64,000 nucleotides of DNA, from positions 3,455-67,454 of the forward strand of contig JAZKXV010000002.1 of assembly GCA_045611785.1 (NCBI GenBank), in the 5' to 3' direction. Shown here one piece after another: positions 21,565 to 32,938 of this stretch (position 1 is its first letter; every line of letters begins with the position of its first letter). The notes beneath the pieces are model-generated. The model was not told the DNA's origin. It ran no database searches and worked only from the letters and a program-made list of their open reading frames with translations. The DNA is from Alphaproteobacteria bacterium. Its GTDB lineage: Bacteria; Pseudomonadota; Alphaproteobacteria; RF32; CAG-239. The position numbers and the translations under genes were made by a program.

Positions 21565-21566
21565 AA

Positions 21567-21845
21567 TTAACCTCTCTTAGCTGTTTTGTCTGCGGCGTGA
21601 CCGTAGAAAGTACGAGTCGGCGCAAATTCACCAAACTTATGACCAACCATATCTTCAGTAACAAGTACTGGGATAAATTTGTGGCCATTGTGCACACCAA
21701 ATGTTAAACCAACGAATTGTGGTAACATTGTTGAACGGCGTGACCAAATTTTAATCACTTCATTACGACCCGAAGCTCTGGCTGCATCAGCCTTCTTAAG
21801 AAGATAGCCATCAACAAAAGGTCCTTTCCATACGGAACGTGTCAT
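21567..21845 (-). CDS. rpsS: 30S ribosomal protein uS19
   Basis: [19 protein letters not shown]. Confidence 0.98.
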   Translation of the reverse strand: MTRSVWKGPFVDGYLLKKADAARASGRNEVIKIWSRRSTMLPQFVGLTFGVHNGHKFIPVLVTEDMVGHKFGEFAPTRTFYGHAADKTAKRG

Positions 21846-21860
21846 TAGCGTTTCTCCTTA

Positions 21861-22694
<834 letters not shown>

Positions 22695-22696
22695 GA

Positions 22697-23017
22697 TTAA
22701 ATTCCTGTTGTAACATCAATATTTTGACCCTCGGCAAGTGTAACCACAGCCTTTTTGTAATCAGAGCGTACACCCTGACGGCCACGGAACATTTTTGTTT
22801 TGCCGAACTGACGAATGGTATTTACCTTATTTACCTTTACGTTAAAGATAGCTTCAACAGCTGCTTTAACATCATCTTTAGAAGCACATAAAGGAACCAT
22901 GAAAGTAACTTTACCAGCTTCAGATGAAACCATAGATTTTTCGGTAATTACCGGACGAACCAATGTATCATACATTTTAGCAGTAACATTGTTTGATTTT
23001 TTAACATTTTTTACCAT
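22697..23017 (-). CDS. rplW: 50S ribosomal protein uL23
   Basis: PVITEKS, KKAVVTL; ATG 23017 preceded by GAGGAG. Confidence 0.96.
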   Translation of the reverse strand: MVKNVKKSNNVTAKMYDTLVRPVITEKSMVSSEAGKVTFMVPLCASKDDVKAAVEAIFNVKVNKVNTIRQFGKTKMFRGRQGVRSDYKKAVVTLAEGQNIDVTTGI

Positions 23018-23643
23018 GTCAATCTCTCCTCTAAGCAACTAACTGCATCTTTTGTTAATACAAGTTTCTCTCTTCTTAAGATGTCATACACATTAGCACC
23101 GATTGAAGGCAATACATCAACACCAACAATATTACGGCTAGCTAATGCAAAATTAACATCAACCTCTTTACCATCAATGAACAAGCAATTATTCAACCCA
23201 CAAACAGAAAGTTTTGCTTTCAAATCTTTTGTTTTAGGAGCTGACAATTTTGCTTCATCAATGATTACAAGATTACCCTCTTTAGCTTTCGCAGAAAGAG
23301 CTGTTTTCAAACCGAGTTTTCTAAATTTCTTAGTCAAGTCATGTGAGTGATCACGAACAACCGGACCAAATACAACACCACCCTTACGGAACTGTGTACC
23401 TTTACGAGAACCCTGACGAGCATTACCGCTACCTTTTTGTTTGAACGGTTTCGCAGGTGATAAAGCCACATCAGAACGGCCTTTTGTCTGGTGAGTACCA
23501 GCTTGTTGGCGAGCGAGTTGCCACAATACAACACGGTGTAAAATATCAGCGCGAACTTCTAACCCAAAAACTGAATCATTAAGCTCAATTGTGCCGACAT
23601 TTTTATTATCTAAATTTAAGATGTCCTGTTTCATATTTTTCAA
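23011..23643 (-). CDS. rplD: 50S ribosomal protein uL4
   Basis: [22 protein letters not shown]. Confidence 0.98.
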   Translation of the reverse strand: MKNMKQDILNLDNKNVGTIELNDSVFGLEVRADILHRVVLWQLARQQAGTHQTKGRSDVALSPAKPFKQKGSGNARQGSRKGTQFRKGGVVFGPVVRDHSHDLTKKFRKLGLKTALSAKAKEGNLVIIDEAKLSAPKTKDLKAKLSVCGLNNCLFIDGKEVDVNFALASRNIVGVDVLPSIGANVYDILRREKLVLTKDAVSCLEERLTW

Positions 23644-23654
23644 TCCTTAAATTA

Positions 23655-24380
23655 TTATGCATTCTCAGCTGAAACTTCTTCAGCTTTAACTGCAACAGGT
23701 TCATCAACTTTTTTCAATCCAGCAGGTAACGGTAATTGAACGTTAGCAACTTTCTTTACAGCATCAGTTACACGAACCCAAGCATTTTCAGAGCCAGGAA
23801 CAGCACCTTTTACCATAATCAAACCTTTTAACGCATCAACAGCAACAACCTTAAGGTTTTGAACAGTTACACGTTCAGCACCCATATGTCCAGCCATTTT
23901 CTTACCTTTGAAAACTTTACCCGGATCTTGTCTTTGACCGGTAGAACCATGTGAACGGTGAGAAACAGACACACCGTGTGTTGCCTCTAAACCAGCAAAG
24001 TTATGACGTTTCATAACACCGGCAAAACCCTTACCGATTGAAGTTGAGCAAACGTCAACATATTGACCTTCAACAAAGTGTTCTACTGACAATTCATTAC
24101 CGATTTCCAAAAGACAATCTTCAGAAACTCTGAATTCGCCTAATTTCTTTTTAGGCTCGGTATTAGCTTTAGCAAAATGTCCTTTGAGAGGTTTAGATAC
24201 ATTTTTAGCCTTAACAGCACCTGTTCCAAGCTGAACAGCTGTATATCCATCTTTCTCAACAGTCTTTACTGCAACAACCTTTAAGCCATCAACACTTAAA
24301 ACCGTAACCGGAATATGAGTGCCGTCTGCTTCAAAGATGCGGGACATTCCCAATTTTTTTGCGATCAGACCTGTACGCAT
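23655..24380 (-). CDS. rplC: 50S ribosomal protein uL3
   Basis: [25 protein letters not shown]. Confidence 0.98.
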   Translation of the reverse strand: MRTGLIAKKLGMSRIFEADGTHIPVTVLSVDGLKVVAVKTVEKDGYTAVQLGTGAVKAKNVSKPLKGHFAKANTEPKKKLGEFRVSEDCLLEIGNELSVEHFVEGQYVDVCSTSIGKGFAGVMKRHNFAGLEATHGVSVSHRSHGSTGQRQDPGKVFKGKKMAGHMGAERVTVQNLKVVAVDALKGLIMVKGAVPGSENAWVRVTDAVKKVANVQLPLPAGLKKVDEPVAVKAEEVSAENA

Positions 24381-24447
24381 TATTATTTTTTCCTTTTCTA
24401 ATTGGTTGACAACTAATTTTTCAAGCCGCCAACATTAAAATTTATTA

Positions 24448-24759
24448 TTACAATTTGATTTCTACATTAACACCAGCAGCCAAATCTAACTTCATCAAAG
24501 CATCAACTGTTTGCGGTGTAGGATCTACGATATCAAGAAGTCTTTTGTGAGTACGGATTTCGAACTGTTCACGAGACTTTTTATCAACGTGAGGAGAACT
24601 ATTTACCGTAAACTTCTCAATTCTTGTAGGCAGAGGAATAGGACCTCTTACATTTGCCCCCGTTCTTTTGGCAGTGTGCACAATCTCTTTTGTAGAAAGA
24701 TCAAGCAAACGATGATCAAAAGCCTTGAGGCGAATTCTTATATTTTGGGTTTCCATCAT
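24448..24759 (-). CDS. rpsJ: 30S ribosomal protein uS10
   Basis: [29 protein letters not shown]. Confidence 0.98.
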   Translation of the reverse strand: MMETQNIRIRLKAFDHRLLDLSTKEIVHTAKRTGANVRGPIPLPTRIEKFTVNSSPHVDKKSREQFEIRTHKRLLDIVDPTPQTVDALMKLDLAAGVNVEIKL

Positions 24760-24953
24760 TTTTTTACTTTTCCCTATAACTAAACGGCAAAAGACACCTT
24801 AACGGCCCTTGCCATCTAACTTGTTAAAACTCAGCAAACCATTCTATAGCAACAGCTTGCTCTATATTTTATATTTAACATCACTAGAGCTTGTTAAAGG
24901 CTCTAAACAAACGTTTCGTTGGTGCTTATAACATAACAAAAAGCACTTTGCAA
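24760..24953 (-). promoter_or_regulatory. rpsJ promoter (TTGCAA-17-TATAAG) and structured 5' leader
   Basis: -35 at 24948-24953, -10 at 24925-24930; three hairpins, two of which need G-U pairs on the transcribed strand. Confidence 0.55.
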
Positions 24954-25166
24954 GCAAAAAATGCACAAAAAGTCAAAAAAAATGAAAAAATAGTTAACGC
25001 CCAGAACTTTTACTCTGACTCTGTTTGAATCGATTTTAAATTATCTCTCATTAACTATTTTGAGTCTATTTTTTAGCAGAGAGTCTAAAAAAACATATTG
25101 GTCATTTTTAATAATAAGATAAACATTTCATAAGCAATTTTTTAAAAAATCATCCTTACAAACGTC

Positions 25167-25195
25167 TTTACTTTATAAAAAAAATAATATATAAA
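25167..25195 (+). promoter_or_regulatory. sigma70-type promoter TTTACT-17-TATAAA
   Basis: Direct match upstream of ATG 25240. Confidence 0.55.
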
Positions 25196-25239
25196 ACTCG
25201 TGTTAAATTTATTATCAACTCTAATTATTCATTCCTATT

Positions 25240-25779
25240 ATGAGCAATAAGCAACATCGCGTCTTGCAAGTTTTAAAAATTATGCAAGAAAAAGGTATCA
25301 CTGTTGAAGATCTCCAAATAGCAACAAAGTTTGAAACCTTCGATTTGTTATGTAAAATTAACGGATCATTGAAACGAGTTTCTTTTGAAAAAGGCAAATC
25401 CCTAAACCCTATCGGCATTTTCCCTTTTAAGAATGATAAAACCTACATCGTTTTTGACGGCCTGGGTCATCTTGCAAACGGAAATACAAAGATGTATTAT
25501 TCCCAAAGGCACAAGCTTCTAAATGTTAGCATTCCGACGGTCGACTTTTTTGAAGAAATATTCAAAATTAAGGACAAACTAAACGACGCCCTCAGCACAT
25601 TAAACAAGCCAATATTTAAAGGTGCTTACCTGGCTGTTTCTCCGGAATATATCCTTGAGGCAAACTGGATTGTAGGATTTTTTGATAATGAAGCATCTTT
25701 GAGCTACGACTTCTATGAAAATAAAGAAGAAGCAAAAGTATGCTACATTAAGAAATTTAAACCTTATAAGCTTTTCTAA
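25240..25779 (+). CDS. Hypothetical protein
   Basis: 179-aa ORF with its own promoter and terminator; no SD. Confidence 0.75.
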   Translation: MSNKQHRVLQVLKIMQEKGITVEDLQIATKFETFDLLCKINGSLKRVSFEKGKSLNPIGIFPFKNDKTYIVFDGLGHLANGNTKMYYSQRHKLLNVSIPTVDFFEEIFKIKDKLNDALSTLNKPIFKGAYLAVSPEYILEANWIVGFFDNEASLSYDFYENKEEAKVCYIKKFKPYKLF

Positions 25780-25806
25780 CTCCAAATAAGGTTTCTCAGC
25801 CAATTT

Positions 25807-25833
25807 AAAGCCTGTTGTCAAAACAGGCTTTTA
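25807..25833. terminator. Bidirectional terminator
   Basis: aaagcctgtt-gtcaa-aacaggcttt between convergent genes. Confidence 0.7.
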
Positions 25834-25856
25834 TTTTTATCTCAAAATACATAAAC

Positions 25857-26363
25857 TCACAAAATTTTATCTGATTTAATTTTATTCAATATTCTTTTGA
25901 TTATAAAATAGCTTAAAAACCAAGCTAAAATATAAAAAGGAACACACCCTATCATCATCGGATAAATTATTGGCCAAACATCAGCCTCCATTGCCTTAAA
26001 ATCAAAATTTACGGCCGCATGAAAAAAAGCATCAAATGTTTTTATAAAATCAATTCTTTCATCATGCGGAATATGTAAAAAAAAACGCCCCAAATAAAGA
26101 GTGGACGGCCAAATAAAAGCAAAAGTCCACGGATTACCCACTATCGTTCCAATCCAAGATGCAAGCAAATTTCCCCGCACCAAAAACGCAGTAATCGTTG
26201 CCAACAAAAGATGAAACCCCACAAACGGAGTAAAAGAAATTGCTGCCCCGCAAGCAAATCCTGACGCTATTGCATATGGCGTCGCTTTAATTACTTTTAA
26301 CTTTGTAACCAATATTTGTTTATTTTTTTCTAAAAGCCCTTTAACCCTTTTAAGAGATAACAT
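25857..26363 (-). CDS. DUF2062-family membrane protein
   Basis: TPYAIASGFACG..SFTPFVGFH, GNPWT; usual neighbour of alphaproteobacterial rel/acpS. Confidence 0.85.
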   Translation of the reverse strand: MLSLKRVKGLLEKNKQILVTKLKVIKATPYAIASGFACGAAISFTPFVGFHLLLATITAFLVRGNLLASWIGTIVGNPWTFAFIWPSTLYLGRFFLHIPHDERIDFIKTFDAFFHAAVNFDFKAMEADVWPIIYPMMIGCVPFYILAWFLSYFIIKRILNKIKSDKIL

Positions 26364-26443
26364 TTACTTTCCCCCAAAAAATATGTCTCGAATACACATT
26401 TAATATTCAAGACACATTATTCAAGTTTTAAGCCAAGTGCTTT

Positions 26444-26833
26444 TTACTTTTCAGCGACAGCCATAGCCGAAACAAATGGAGTATCATCGCTTAAAGAAAG
26501 ATGTATATGCTTTACCCCCACACTTTTAGCTCTATGTAAAGCCTGACCTTTTAATTCAACAAAAGGTTTCCCCAATTCATCACTGATAATTTCAATATCA
26601 GATAAATATATTCCATCTCTAAAACCTGTGCCTAATGCTTTAGCCACAGCCTCTTTGGCCGCAAATCTTTTGGCAACATACATAATGCGAGATTGCAAAT
26701 CAAAAATAGCACGTCTTTGCATATATTGACGTTCCGTTTCAGATAAACAACGCCTAATAAAACGATTTAAAAATTCATCACCTTTTTCAAGCCTCGATAT
26801 ATTTACAATATCTGTTCCTATTCCATAAATCAT
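26444..26833 (-). CDS. acpS: Holo-[acyl-carrier-protein] synthase
   Basis: GIGTDIV, RFAAKEA..KALGTG, HLSLSDD. Confidence 0.95.
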   Translation of the reverse strand: MIYGIGTDIVNISRLEKGDEFLNRFIRRCLSETERQYMQRRAIFDLQSRIMYVAKRFAAKEAVAKALGTGFRDGIYLSDIEIISDELGKPFVELKGQALHRAKSVGVKHIHLSLSDDTPFVSAMAVAEK

Positions 26834-26897
26834 ATTTTATCCTTTGCTTAAAATCTTAATTACCTCTTTACTAAAGCCGCAAAATGAATTTACTTGC

Positions 26898-29033
26898 TTA
26901 CTGAGCTGATCTTGATACATAGCTTATTACTTTAGAAGCCTTTAATGCTGCAATTATATTATTTAAGTGCGCAACATCTTTAACATCTAAATCAACCAAA
27001 ATTTCAAAATAACTTAGTGTTCGATATACAATATTCAAATTAGAAATATTTGCTTCATAACGAGCAATCAAATTAGATAAATCACCCAACGCTCCCGGCT
27101 CATTACTCAACATAACTTTTATACGAGCAGTATGAAATTCATTTTTAGCATCATCGCCCCAATCTATATCAAGCCATCTTTCAGGTTCTGAACTAAATTT
27201 TTCCAGAGCCTTACAGTCTATTGCATGTACGGCGACACCTTTTCCTGTTGTTACAATCCCGACAATTCTATCTCCGGGAAGAGGGTGACAACATCCGGCA
27301 AAATGAACCGCCATATCAGATATTAAGCCTTTAATTTTCATAGGTTCGGCTGTTTTCTTTTTCTTAAAGCTCGGAACCTTAATTGACTTAACCATTTTAT
27401 CAAGCTTAGACTGTTTGTATGCGGGATAAACCGCCTTTAGCACATCCCAACCGGTAACAAGCCCTTCACCTACTTTGGCATATATATCATCAATACATTC
27501 TGCATCAAAATTTTGTAAAACACCTGCAAGAACTTTATCTGATAAATCTAACCCTTCGCCTTTGAACAACCTTTCCAACAATTCTTTACCCAAAGTAATA
27601 AACTGCTCTCTTTTTATTCCTCGTACATAACGTCTGATAGCAGCTTTAGCTTTTCCGGTCACAACAAATCTTTCCCATTCCGTAGATGGGTGTTGTGCTT
27701 TTGATGTTAATATTTCAACCTGATCACCATTGTGCAATAATGTTCTTAATGTCGCAATTTCACCATTTACTTTTGCCCCAACGCAAGTATCACCAACATT
27801 AGAGTGTACAGCATATGCAAAATCCACAGGTGTTGCACCTTGCGGCAAACCTATCAGATCTCCTTTTGGTGTAAAACAGAAAACTTGGTCATTATACATT
27901 TCCAGTTTTGTGTTTTCTAAAAACTCATCAGGATTTTCAGCCTGCTCCAAAATCTCTAAGAGCTCACGCATCCATCTAAAATTACGACCTTCAGCTTTTT
28001 GACCTTGCTTATATGCCCAGTGTGCTGCAACACCTTTCTCGGCAATTTCATGCATCTGATAAGTTCTTATCTGTATTTCAATTCGGGTATTTAATGGCCC
28101 GATAACACCGGTATGAATTGATTGGTAACCATTAGGTTTTGGTGTTGAAATATAATCTTTAAAGCGGCGCGGAACCATATGATATTTACTATGAATTATA
28201 CCCAAAGCCTGGTAGCACGAACCAATATCATCAACACAAATTCTAAAAGCCATAATATCTGAAAGTTGCTCAAACGAAGCATTTTTTTGTTGCATTTTAC
28301 GCCATATTGAATATGGAGCTTTTTCCCTTCCGGTAACAGTTGCTTTTACATCATTTTGAAGCATATCCTTTTCAAGTTGCTCAATAATTTTAGGAACAAT
28401 ATTACTTCCTTTTTCTCTTAAAAAATTAAGCCTTGCAATAATTGAATCATGAGCTTCTTTATGAATTTCGGCAAATGCAATTTCTTCCAATTCATCTTTA
28501 ACTTCTTGCATACCGATTCGTTCAGCTAATGGTGCATATATATCTATTGTTTCCCGGGCAATGCGTAACCTTTTTTCTTCAGGGCAAAAATGCAATGTAC
28601 GCATATTATGCAATCTGTCAGCTAATTTGATAAGCAAAACTCTTATATCATCAGACATAGCAAGCAACAACTTGCGAAAATTTTCCGCTTGCTTACTTGA
28701 ACCGGATTTTTGCTCAATCATTGCTAATTTTGTAAGACCGTCGACAAGCGAAGCTACTTGCTCCCCAAACAACTCCTTTACTTCAACAACAGTTGTATCC
28801 GTATCTTCAACCGTATCATGCAAAAGACCGGCTATAATAGATGAGGCATCAAGTTTAAATTTTGTTAAAATTCCTGCAACTTCAATCGGATGAGAATAAT
28901 AAGGATCTCCTGATGTTCTAAGTTGAGCACCATGTTTTTTCATTGCAAAAACATACGCCCGGTTCAAAGCATCCTCATCAGCTTCCGGATCATAAGACTT
29001 AACCAAATCTACTAATTCATACTGTCTTAACAT
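26898..29033 (-). CDS. spoT: Bifunctional (p)ppGpp synthetase/hydrolase (Rel/SpoT)
   Basis: HD hydrolase motif LLHDTVED, RFKDY, EIQIRT, TGS and ACT domains. Confidence 0.95.
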   Translation of the reverse strand: MLRQYELVDLVKSYDPEADEDALNRAYVFAMKKHGAQLRTSGDPYYSHPIEVAGILTKFKLDASSIIAGLLHDTVEDTDTTVVEVKELFGEQVASLVDGLTKLAMIEQKSGSSKQAENFRKLLLAMSDDIRVLLIKLADRLHNMRTLHFCPEEKRLRIARETIDIYAPLAERIGMQEVKDELEEIAFAEIHKEAHDSIIARLNFLREKGSNIVPKIIEQLEKDMLQNDVKATVTGREKAPYSIWRKMQQKNASFEQLSDIMAFRICVDDIGSCYQALGIIHSKYHMVPRRFKDYISTPKPNGYQSIHTGVIGPLNTRIEIQIRTYQMHEIAEKGVAAHWAYKQGQKAEGRNFRWMRELLEILEQAENPDEFLENTKLEMYNDQVFCFTPKGDLIGLPQGATPVDFAYAVHSNVGDTCVGAKVNGEIATLRTLLHNGDQVEILTSKAQHPSTEWERFVVTGKAKAAIRRYVRGIKREQFITLGKELLERLFKGEGLDLSDKVLAGVLQNFDAECIDDIYAKVGEGLVTGWDVLKAVYPAYKQSKLDKMVKSIKVPSFKKKKTAEPMKIKGLISDMAVHFAGCCHPLPGDRIVGIVTTGKGVAVHAIDCKALEKFSSEPERWLDIDWGDDAKNEFHTARIKVMLSNEPGALGDLSNLIARYEANISNLNIVYRTLSYFEILVDLDVKDVAHLNNIIAALKASKVISYVSRSAQ

Positions 29034-29074
29034 TTGCCCTCTTTACCGATAATATAATATTTTTAAAAAAATTA

Positions 29075-29104
29075 AAAGCAGAAATATATCGAATTTCTGC
29101 TTTA
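29075..29104 (-). terminator. Terminator-like hairpin between rpoZ and spoT
   Basis: aaaagcagaaat-N7-atttctgctttt. Confidence 0.55.
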
Positions 29105-29141
29105 TTTTAGAATTAAAAGATTTAGATAATATTAATTTATC

Positions 29142-29606
29142 TTAAAAATCATCTCCATCATCACCAAAATCATCTGATAAGTTTTCATCAAATGCATCAT
29201 CAAAATTTTCATCATCTAATTCTGCATCGTCGATGTCAAAACCTTCATCATCTGTGATTTGCATAGAATCTGCTATATCTGTATCTAAAAGCATTGAGCT
29301 ATCAAATTGAGCATCAAGTTCCGCTAATTCTTTTTCGGCAGCAATAATTTCAAGTTCTTCTTCTTCAGGCTCTTCAACTTCAACAAATTTTTGTAAATTC
29401 ATTACTAAAGATTTTTGCAAGTTCTCAATACTTACTTTGTTTTCAGCAATTTCACGTAAAGCAACAACAGAGTTCTTATCATTATCCCTGTCTACTAAAA
29501 GCGGAGAACCTGATGAAATATCTTTAGCTCTTTGAGCTGCAACCATAAGAAGTTCATAGCGATTTGGAATTTTTTCCACACAATCTTCAACTGTAACGCG
29601 TGCCAT
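29142..29606 (-). CDS. rpoZ: RNA polymerase omega subunit with long acidic tail
   Basis: [28 protein letters not shown]. Confidence 0.97.
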   Translation of the reverse strand: MARVTVEDCVEKIPNRYELLMVAAQRAKDISSGSPLLVDRDNDKNSVVALREIAENKVSIENLQKSLVMNLQKFVEVEEPEEEELEIIAAEKELAELDAQFDSSMLLDTDIADSMQITDDEGFDIDDAELDDENFDDAFDENLSDDFGDDGDDF

Positions 29607-29688
29607 ATTTTTCCCTCATAAATTCGTTTAAATCAATTTTACTGCTTTATACAGACTCTTAATTAAAATTGCAAGATTTTTTTTAATT

Positions 29689-30924
29689 TTAATTAAGTAT
29701 AGGTGCAATTATAAGCATACCACCCAAAGGAGCCAATTTATCATATATCAATTGTTCATTTTTCATAACTTCAAATATATCATTTTTTGGAGCTTGATGC
29801 ATTTCTATAATACTTTGCATTGTCGCATATTGGCGTTCTTTGTAAAGAGGCTTAAATTTATCAATGTAAGAATTATATAACCCTTGCTTAAACGCCTTAA
29901 TTGCAGACATTTGAGCTGATGAAACTCTGGATATTCTGTATGCTTTAATTGTTTTATCGCATGTATATGCCCATTCGTTTGCATTAAAACCTTCTGCCCC
30001 AACAGCTTGAACAAACTTATCTTCCAATCCCGCCCATCTGATTTTTAACACCAACCTTTGGCAAGGGTTAACCCCATCTTTTAATCCGTTCAAAGATAAA
30101 GCCATACCGTTTTTACGTTCCCAATAATCTAACAAATCACTGGCGTGCATAATTTTTAGAGTGTTGTTTAATGTAGCAAAGTTTTTAACACCGTCTATAG
30201 TTCTTAAAAACGCTCTTATATCGCCAGTTGTTAAAGGAGAATCTTTAGTAATCTTCAATGTTCTTAATTTATCAAATCCGGGCTTATTATTTGTTTGAAA
30301 AGCTCCGCCAAAACCAAACTCTGGTGTTTTATTCATGACATTTTCCAAGAAATCCGGACTTAAAGCTATAGGAGGAGTTTTTGCTTTTCTTGTCTTTGGT
30401 TTTTCAAGAGGAGGCTGATTTTCCGGCCACATTTCCGGCATAAGCAAAATGTATAAATGCGGTGATAAAAACTCAATATTTTCGATTCCTTGCAATTGCG
30501 GCGCAATTCTCTCAGGAAACTTATTTTTTGTTTCCTTAATTCCGGGCAACATTAATATTCTATCCGGAATTCCGGGCAATGTATGCAAATAAGGTCCTAT
30601 ATAGGGATAAAACTCTTTAGGTGTCATCATTATCATATCATAAAACTCATCTTCAGAAGCCGATTTTATACGCTTTTCAGATGTACCATATGATGTTATA
30701 ACACCTTTCCAAACCTTATCAAACACCGGTCCCATATCCCAGTTTACCATATATCTAGGATTATATATTTCGGTAAGTTGCTTGAGCTCTTTTGAAAGAG
30801 CATCAAGATCAGGTATCGGTGCATCCATATCTACCTCATAATATTTTTTATATTCATCAACAGAGGCCTGTATCGGTGCAACATATGCAAGCATCAAAAA
30901 AAACAAAGTCAAAAAATATTTCAT
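29689..30924 (-). CDS. Hypothetical exported protein
   Basis: Signal peptide MKYFLTLFFLMLAYVAPIQA; no recognised domain. Confidence 0.75.
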   Translation of the reverse strand: MKYFLTLFFLMLAYVAPIQASVDEYKKYYEVDMDAPIPDLDALSKELKQLTEIYNPRYMVNWDMGPVFDKVWKGVITSYGTSEKRIKSASEDEFYDMIMMTPKEFYPYIGPYLHTLPGIPDRILMLPGIKETKNKFPERIAPQLQGIENIEFLSPHLYILLMPEMWPENQPPLEKPKTRKAKTPPIALSPDFLENVMNKTPEFGFGGAFQTNNKPGFDKLRTLKITKDSPLTTGDIRAFLRTIDGVKNFATLNNTLKIMHASDLLDYWERKNGMALSLNGLKDGVNPCQRLVLKIRWAGLEDKFVQAVGAEGFNANEWAYTCDKTIKAYRISRVSSAQMSAIKAFKQGLYNSYIDKFKPLYKERQYATMQSIIEMHQAPKNDIFEVMKNEQLIYDKLAPLGGMLIIAPILN

Positions 30925-31073
30925 ATATAATCTCTCTTAATAAATAAACTCCTATACACAATATCATATTTTTTCATAAAAAAAAGAGCTATTTTAAATA
31001 AAAACTGGACTCGCAGAAAAAATATGTGTAAACTCTGTTAAAATTATAATCTTTTATACTTAGGAGTACAATA

Positions 31074-31538
31074 ATGGCTTGGACCGAAGAAATGATTAAT
31101 GACTTAAAACAAATGTGGAAGGATGGCTTAACCACAAACGAAATTGCAAAGAGATTAGGCGTTTCAAAAAATTCCATAGTTGGTAAAGTTCACAGATTAA
31201 ACTTAAAAGCGCGTCCTTCTCCAATCAAGAAAAAAGAAGAAGTTACAACAGCCGAAACACCTGTAGTAAAAGAAGAAAAGGAAGAAAAAGCTAAAGTAGC
31301 TTCAAAGAAACTTAAAAAGGTTTCAATTACACCTGTTAATATTGCAAAACCGAAAGAAGCAAAAAAAGATCAACATCTTAAATTAACTGAGCTTGATAAC
31401 CATACATGTCGTTGGCCTTTAGGCGACCCTAGAGATGATAATTTCTGTTTTTGCGGAAAAGCTGTTCGTGGCGGTCAAACATATTGCGAAGAACACTCTG
31501 CAATTGCATATGTTAAACCTATAAAAAAGGATAAATAA
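31074..31538 (+). CDS. gcrA: Cell-cycle regulator GcrA
   Basis: WTEE..LKQMW.DG...IA..LGVSKNSIVGKVHRL; CRWPLGDP..FCFCG...YCEEH. Confidence 0.95.
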   Translation: MAWTEEMINDLKQMWKDGLTTNEIAKRLGVSKNSIVGKVHRLNLKARPSPIKKKEEVTTAETPVVKEEKEEKAKVASKKLKKVSITPVNIAKPKEAKKDQHLKLTELDNHTCRWPLGDPRDDNFCFCGKAVRGGQTYCEEHSAIAYVKPIKKDK

Positions 31539-31936
31539 TGAACATTAAGCAAATTGCAGCCGGAATAATTCTCCATGACAACAAGGTTCTGCTTGCTCAA
31601 AGAAAAAAAGGTAAAGATTTAGAATTTAAATGGGAACTTCCGGGCGGTAAACTAGAAGAAGGTGAAACATTACAAGAATGTTTATGCCGTGAGCTTATTG
31701 AAGAACTTAATCTTAAAATAGTTGTTAAAGATCTGTTTATGAAATCTGAACATATATATGAGTTCGGAGGTTTTGTTTTAAACACATTTATAGCTGAATG
31801 TAACAATCCGTTAATTACAAAAACAGATGCACATGAACAATACGCTTGGGTAAAACCTGAAGAGTTACTTAACTACGATTTAGCTCCTGCTGATATCCCG
31901 ATAGTTAAGGCTTATATCAAATCATTAAACATATAA
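31538..31936 (+). CDS. Nudix (d)NTP pyrophosphohydrolase, MutT/NudG family
   Basis: WELPGGKLEEGE......RELIEEL Nudix box; LAPAD. Confidence 0.9.
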   Translation: MNIKQIAAGIILHDNKVLLAQRKKGKDLEFKWELPGGKLEEGETLQECLCRELIEELNLKIVVKDLFMKSEHIYEFGGFVLNTFIAECNNPLITKTDAHEQYAWVKPEELLNYDLAPADIPIVKAYIKSLNI

Positions 31937-31952
31937 TTTTTAAGGAGTTTTC

Positions 31953-32918
31953 ATGCCTAAAATATTAGTAATTGGTGGTGCTGGATATATTGGTAGCCAT
32001 GTTGTAAAAGAACTGTTAGAAAGTGGTTATGAAACATTAGTATATGACAATATGTCAACCGGCCAAGAAATCAATCTCTTCAGCAAGGCAGAATTTATTA
32101 AGGCCGACATTTTAGATGAACAATCCCTCAATAAGGCTATGCAACAAAACATTGATGCAGTTATACACTTGGCTGCAAAAAAAGCCGTTGGTGAATCTAT
32201 GGAAAATCCACAAATGTATTCAGTTAATAACTTAACCGGTACAATTAATATATTAAACGCAATGGTAAATAATGGCGTTAAACATATTGTTTTTTCTTCA
32301 TCTGCAGCTGTATATGGCATGCCACAATATTTGCCTTTAGATGAAAACCATCCTCGTAATCCTATGAATTTTTATGGTTACACCAAAGCTGCCATTGAAG
32401 ATTTAATGGATTGGTATTCAAAATTAAAAGAATTTAATTATATTGCGTTAAGATATTTTAATGCTGTAGGTTATGCTGCAGATAAAAGTATTGTAGGAAG
32501 AGAAAAAAATCCTCAAAACTTACTTCCGATTATTATGGAAGTTGCTACAGGAAAAAGAGAAAAATTTTCTATCTACGGAAACGATTACGAAACTCCAGAC
32601 GGCACTTGTCTGCGTGATTATATTCATGTTTCTGACTTAGCTTCAGCACATGTATTGGCTGTAAAAAAACTAATGTCTGATAAAGAATCTTATTGTCTTA
32701 ATTTAGGCACTAGCAACGCAACTTCTGTTAAAGAAATTGTTGACGCAACCGAAAACGTCATCGGAAAAAAACTTAATTACGATTTTGCAACTCGTCGTAG
32801 CGGAGACCCTGCAATTGTTGTTGCTAAAGCTCAAAAAGCTAAAGACATTTTAGGTTGGACCGCAAAATATACAAATATAGAAGATATTATTCGTACAACC
32901 TGGAACATTGAAAACTAA
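31953..32918 (+). CDS. galE: UDP-glucose 4-epimerase
   Basis: GGAGYIGSH, FSSSAAVYG, YGYTK, DGTCLRDYIHV. Confidence 0.95.
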   Translation: MPKILVIGGAGYIGSHVVKELLESGYETLVYDNMSTGQEINLFSKAEFIKADILDEQSLNKAMQQNIDAVIHLAAKKAVGESMENPQMYSVNNLTGTINILNAMVNNGVKHIVFSSSAAVYGMPQYLPLDENHPRNPMNFYGYTKAAIEDLMDWYSKLKEFNYIALRYFNAVGYAADKSIVGREKNPQNLLPIIMEVATGKREKFSIYGNDYETPDGTCLRDYIHVSDLASAHVLAVKKLMSDKESYCLNLGTSNATSVKEIVDATENVIGKKLNYDFATRRSGDPAIVVAKAQKAKDILGWTAKYTNIEDIIRTTWNIEN

Positions 32919-32938
32919 TTTTTAATAAGGAATATATT

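Noticed and set aside
30925-31073. Full CtrA box (TTAA-N7-TTAA) upstream of gcrA
   Set aside because: Only half-sites seen, which are expected by chance in AT-rich DNA
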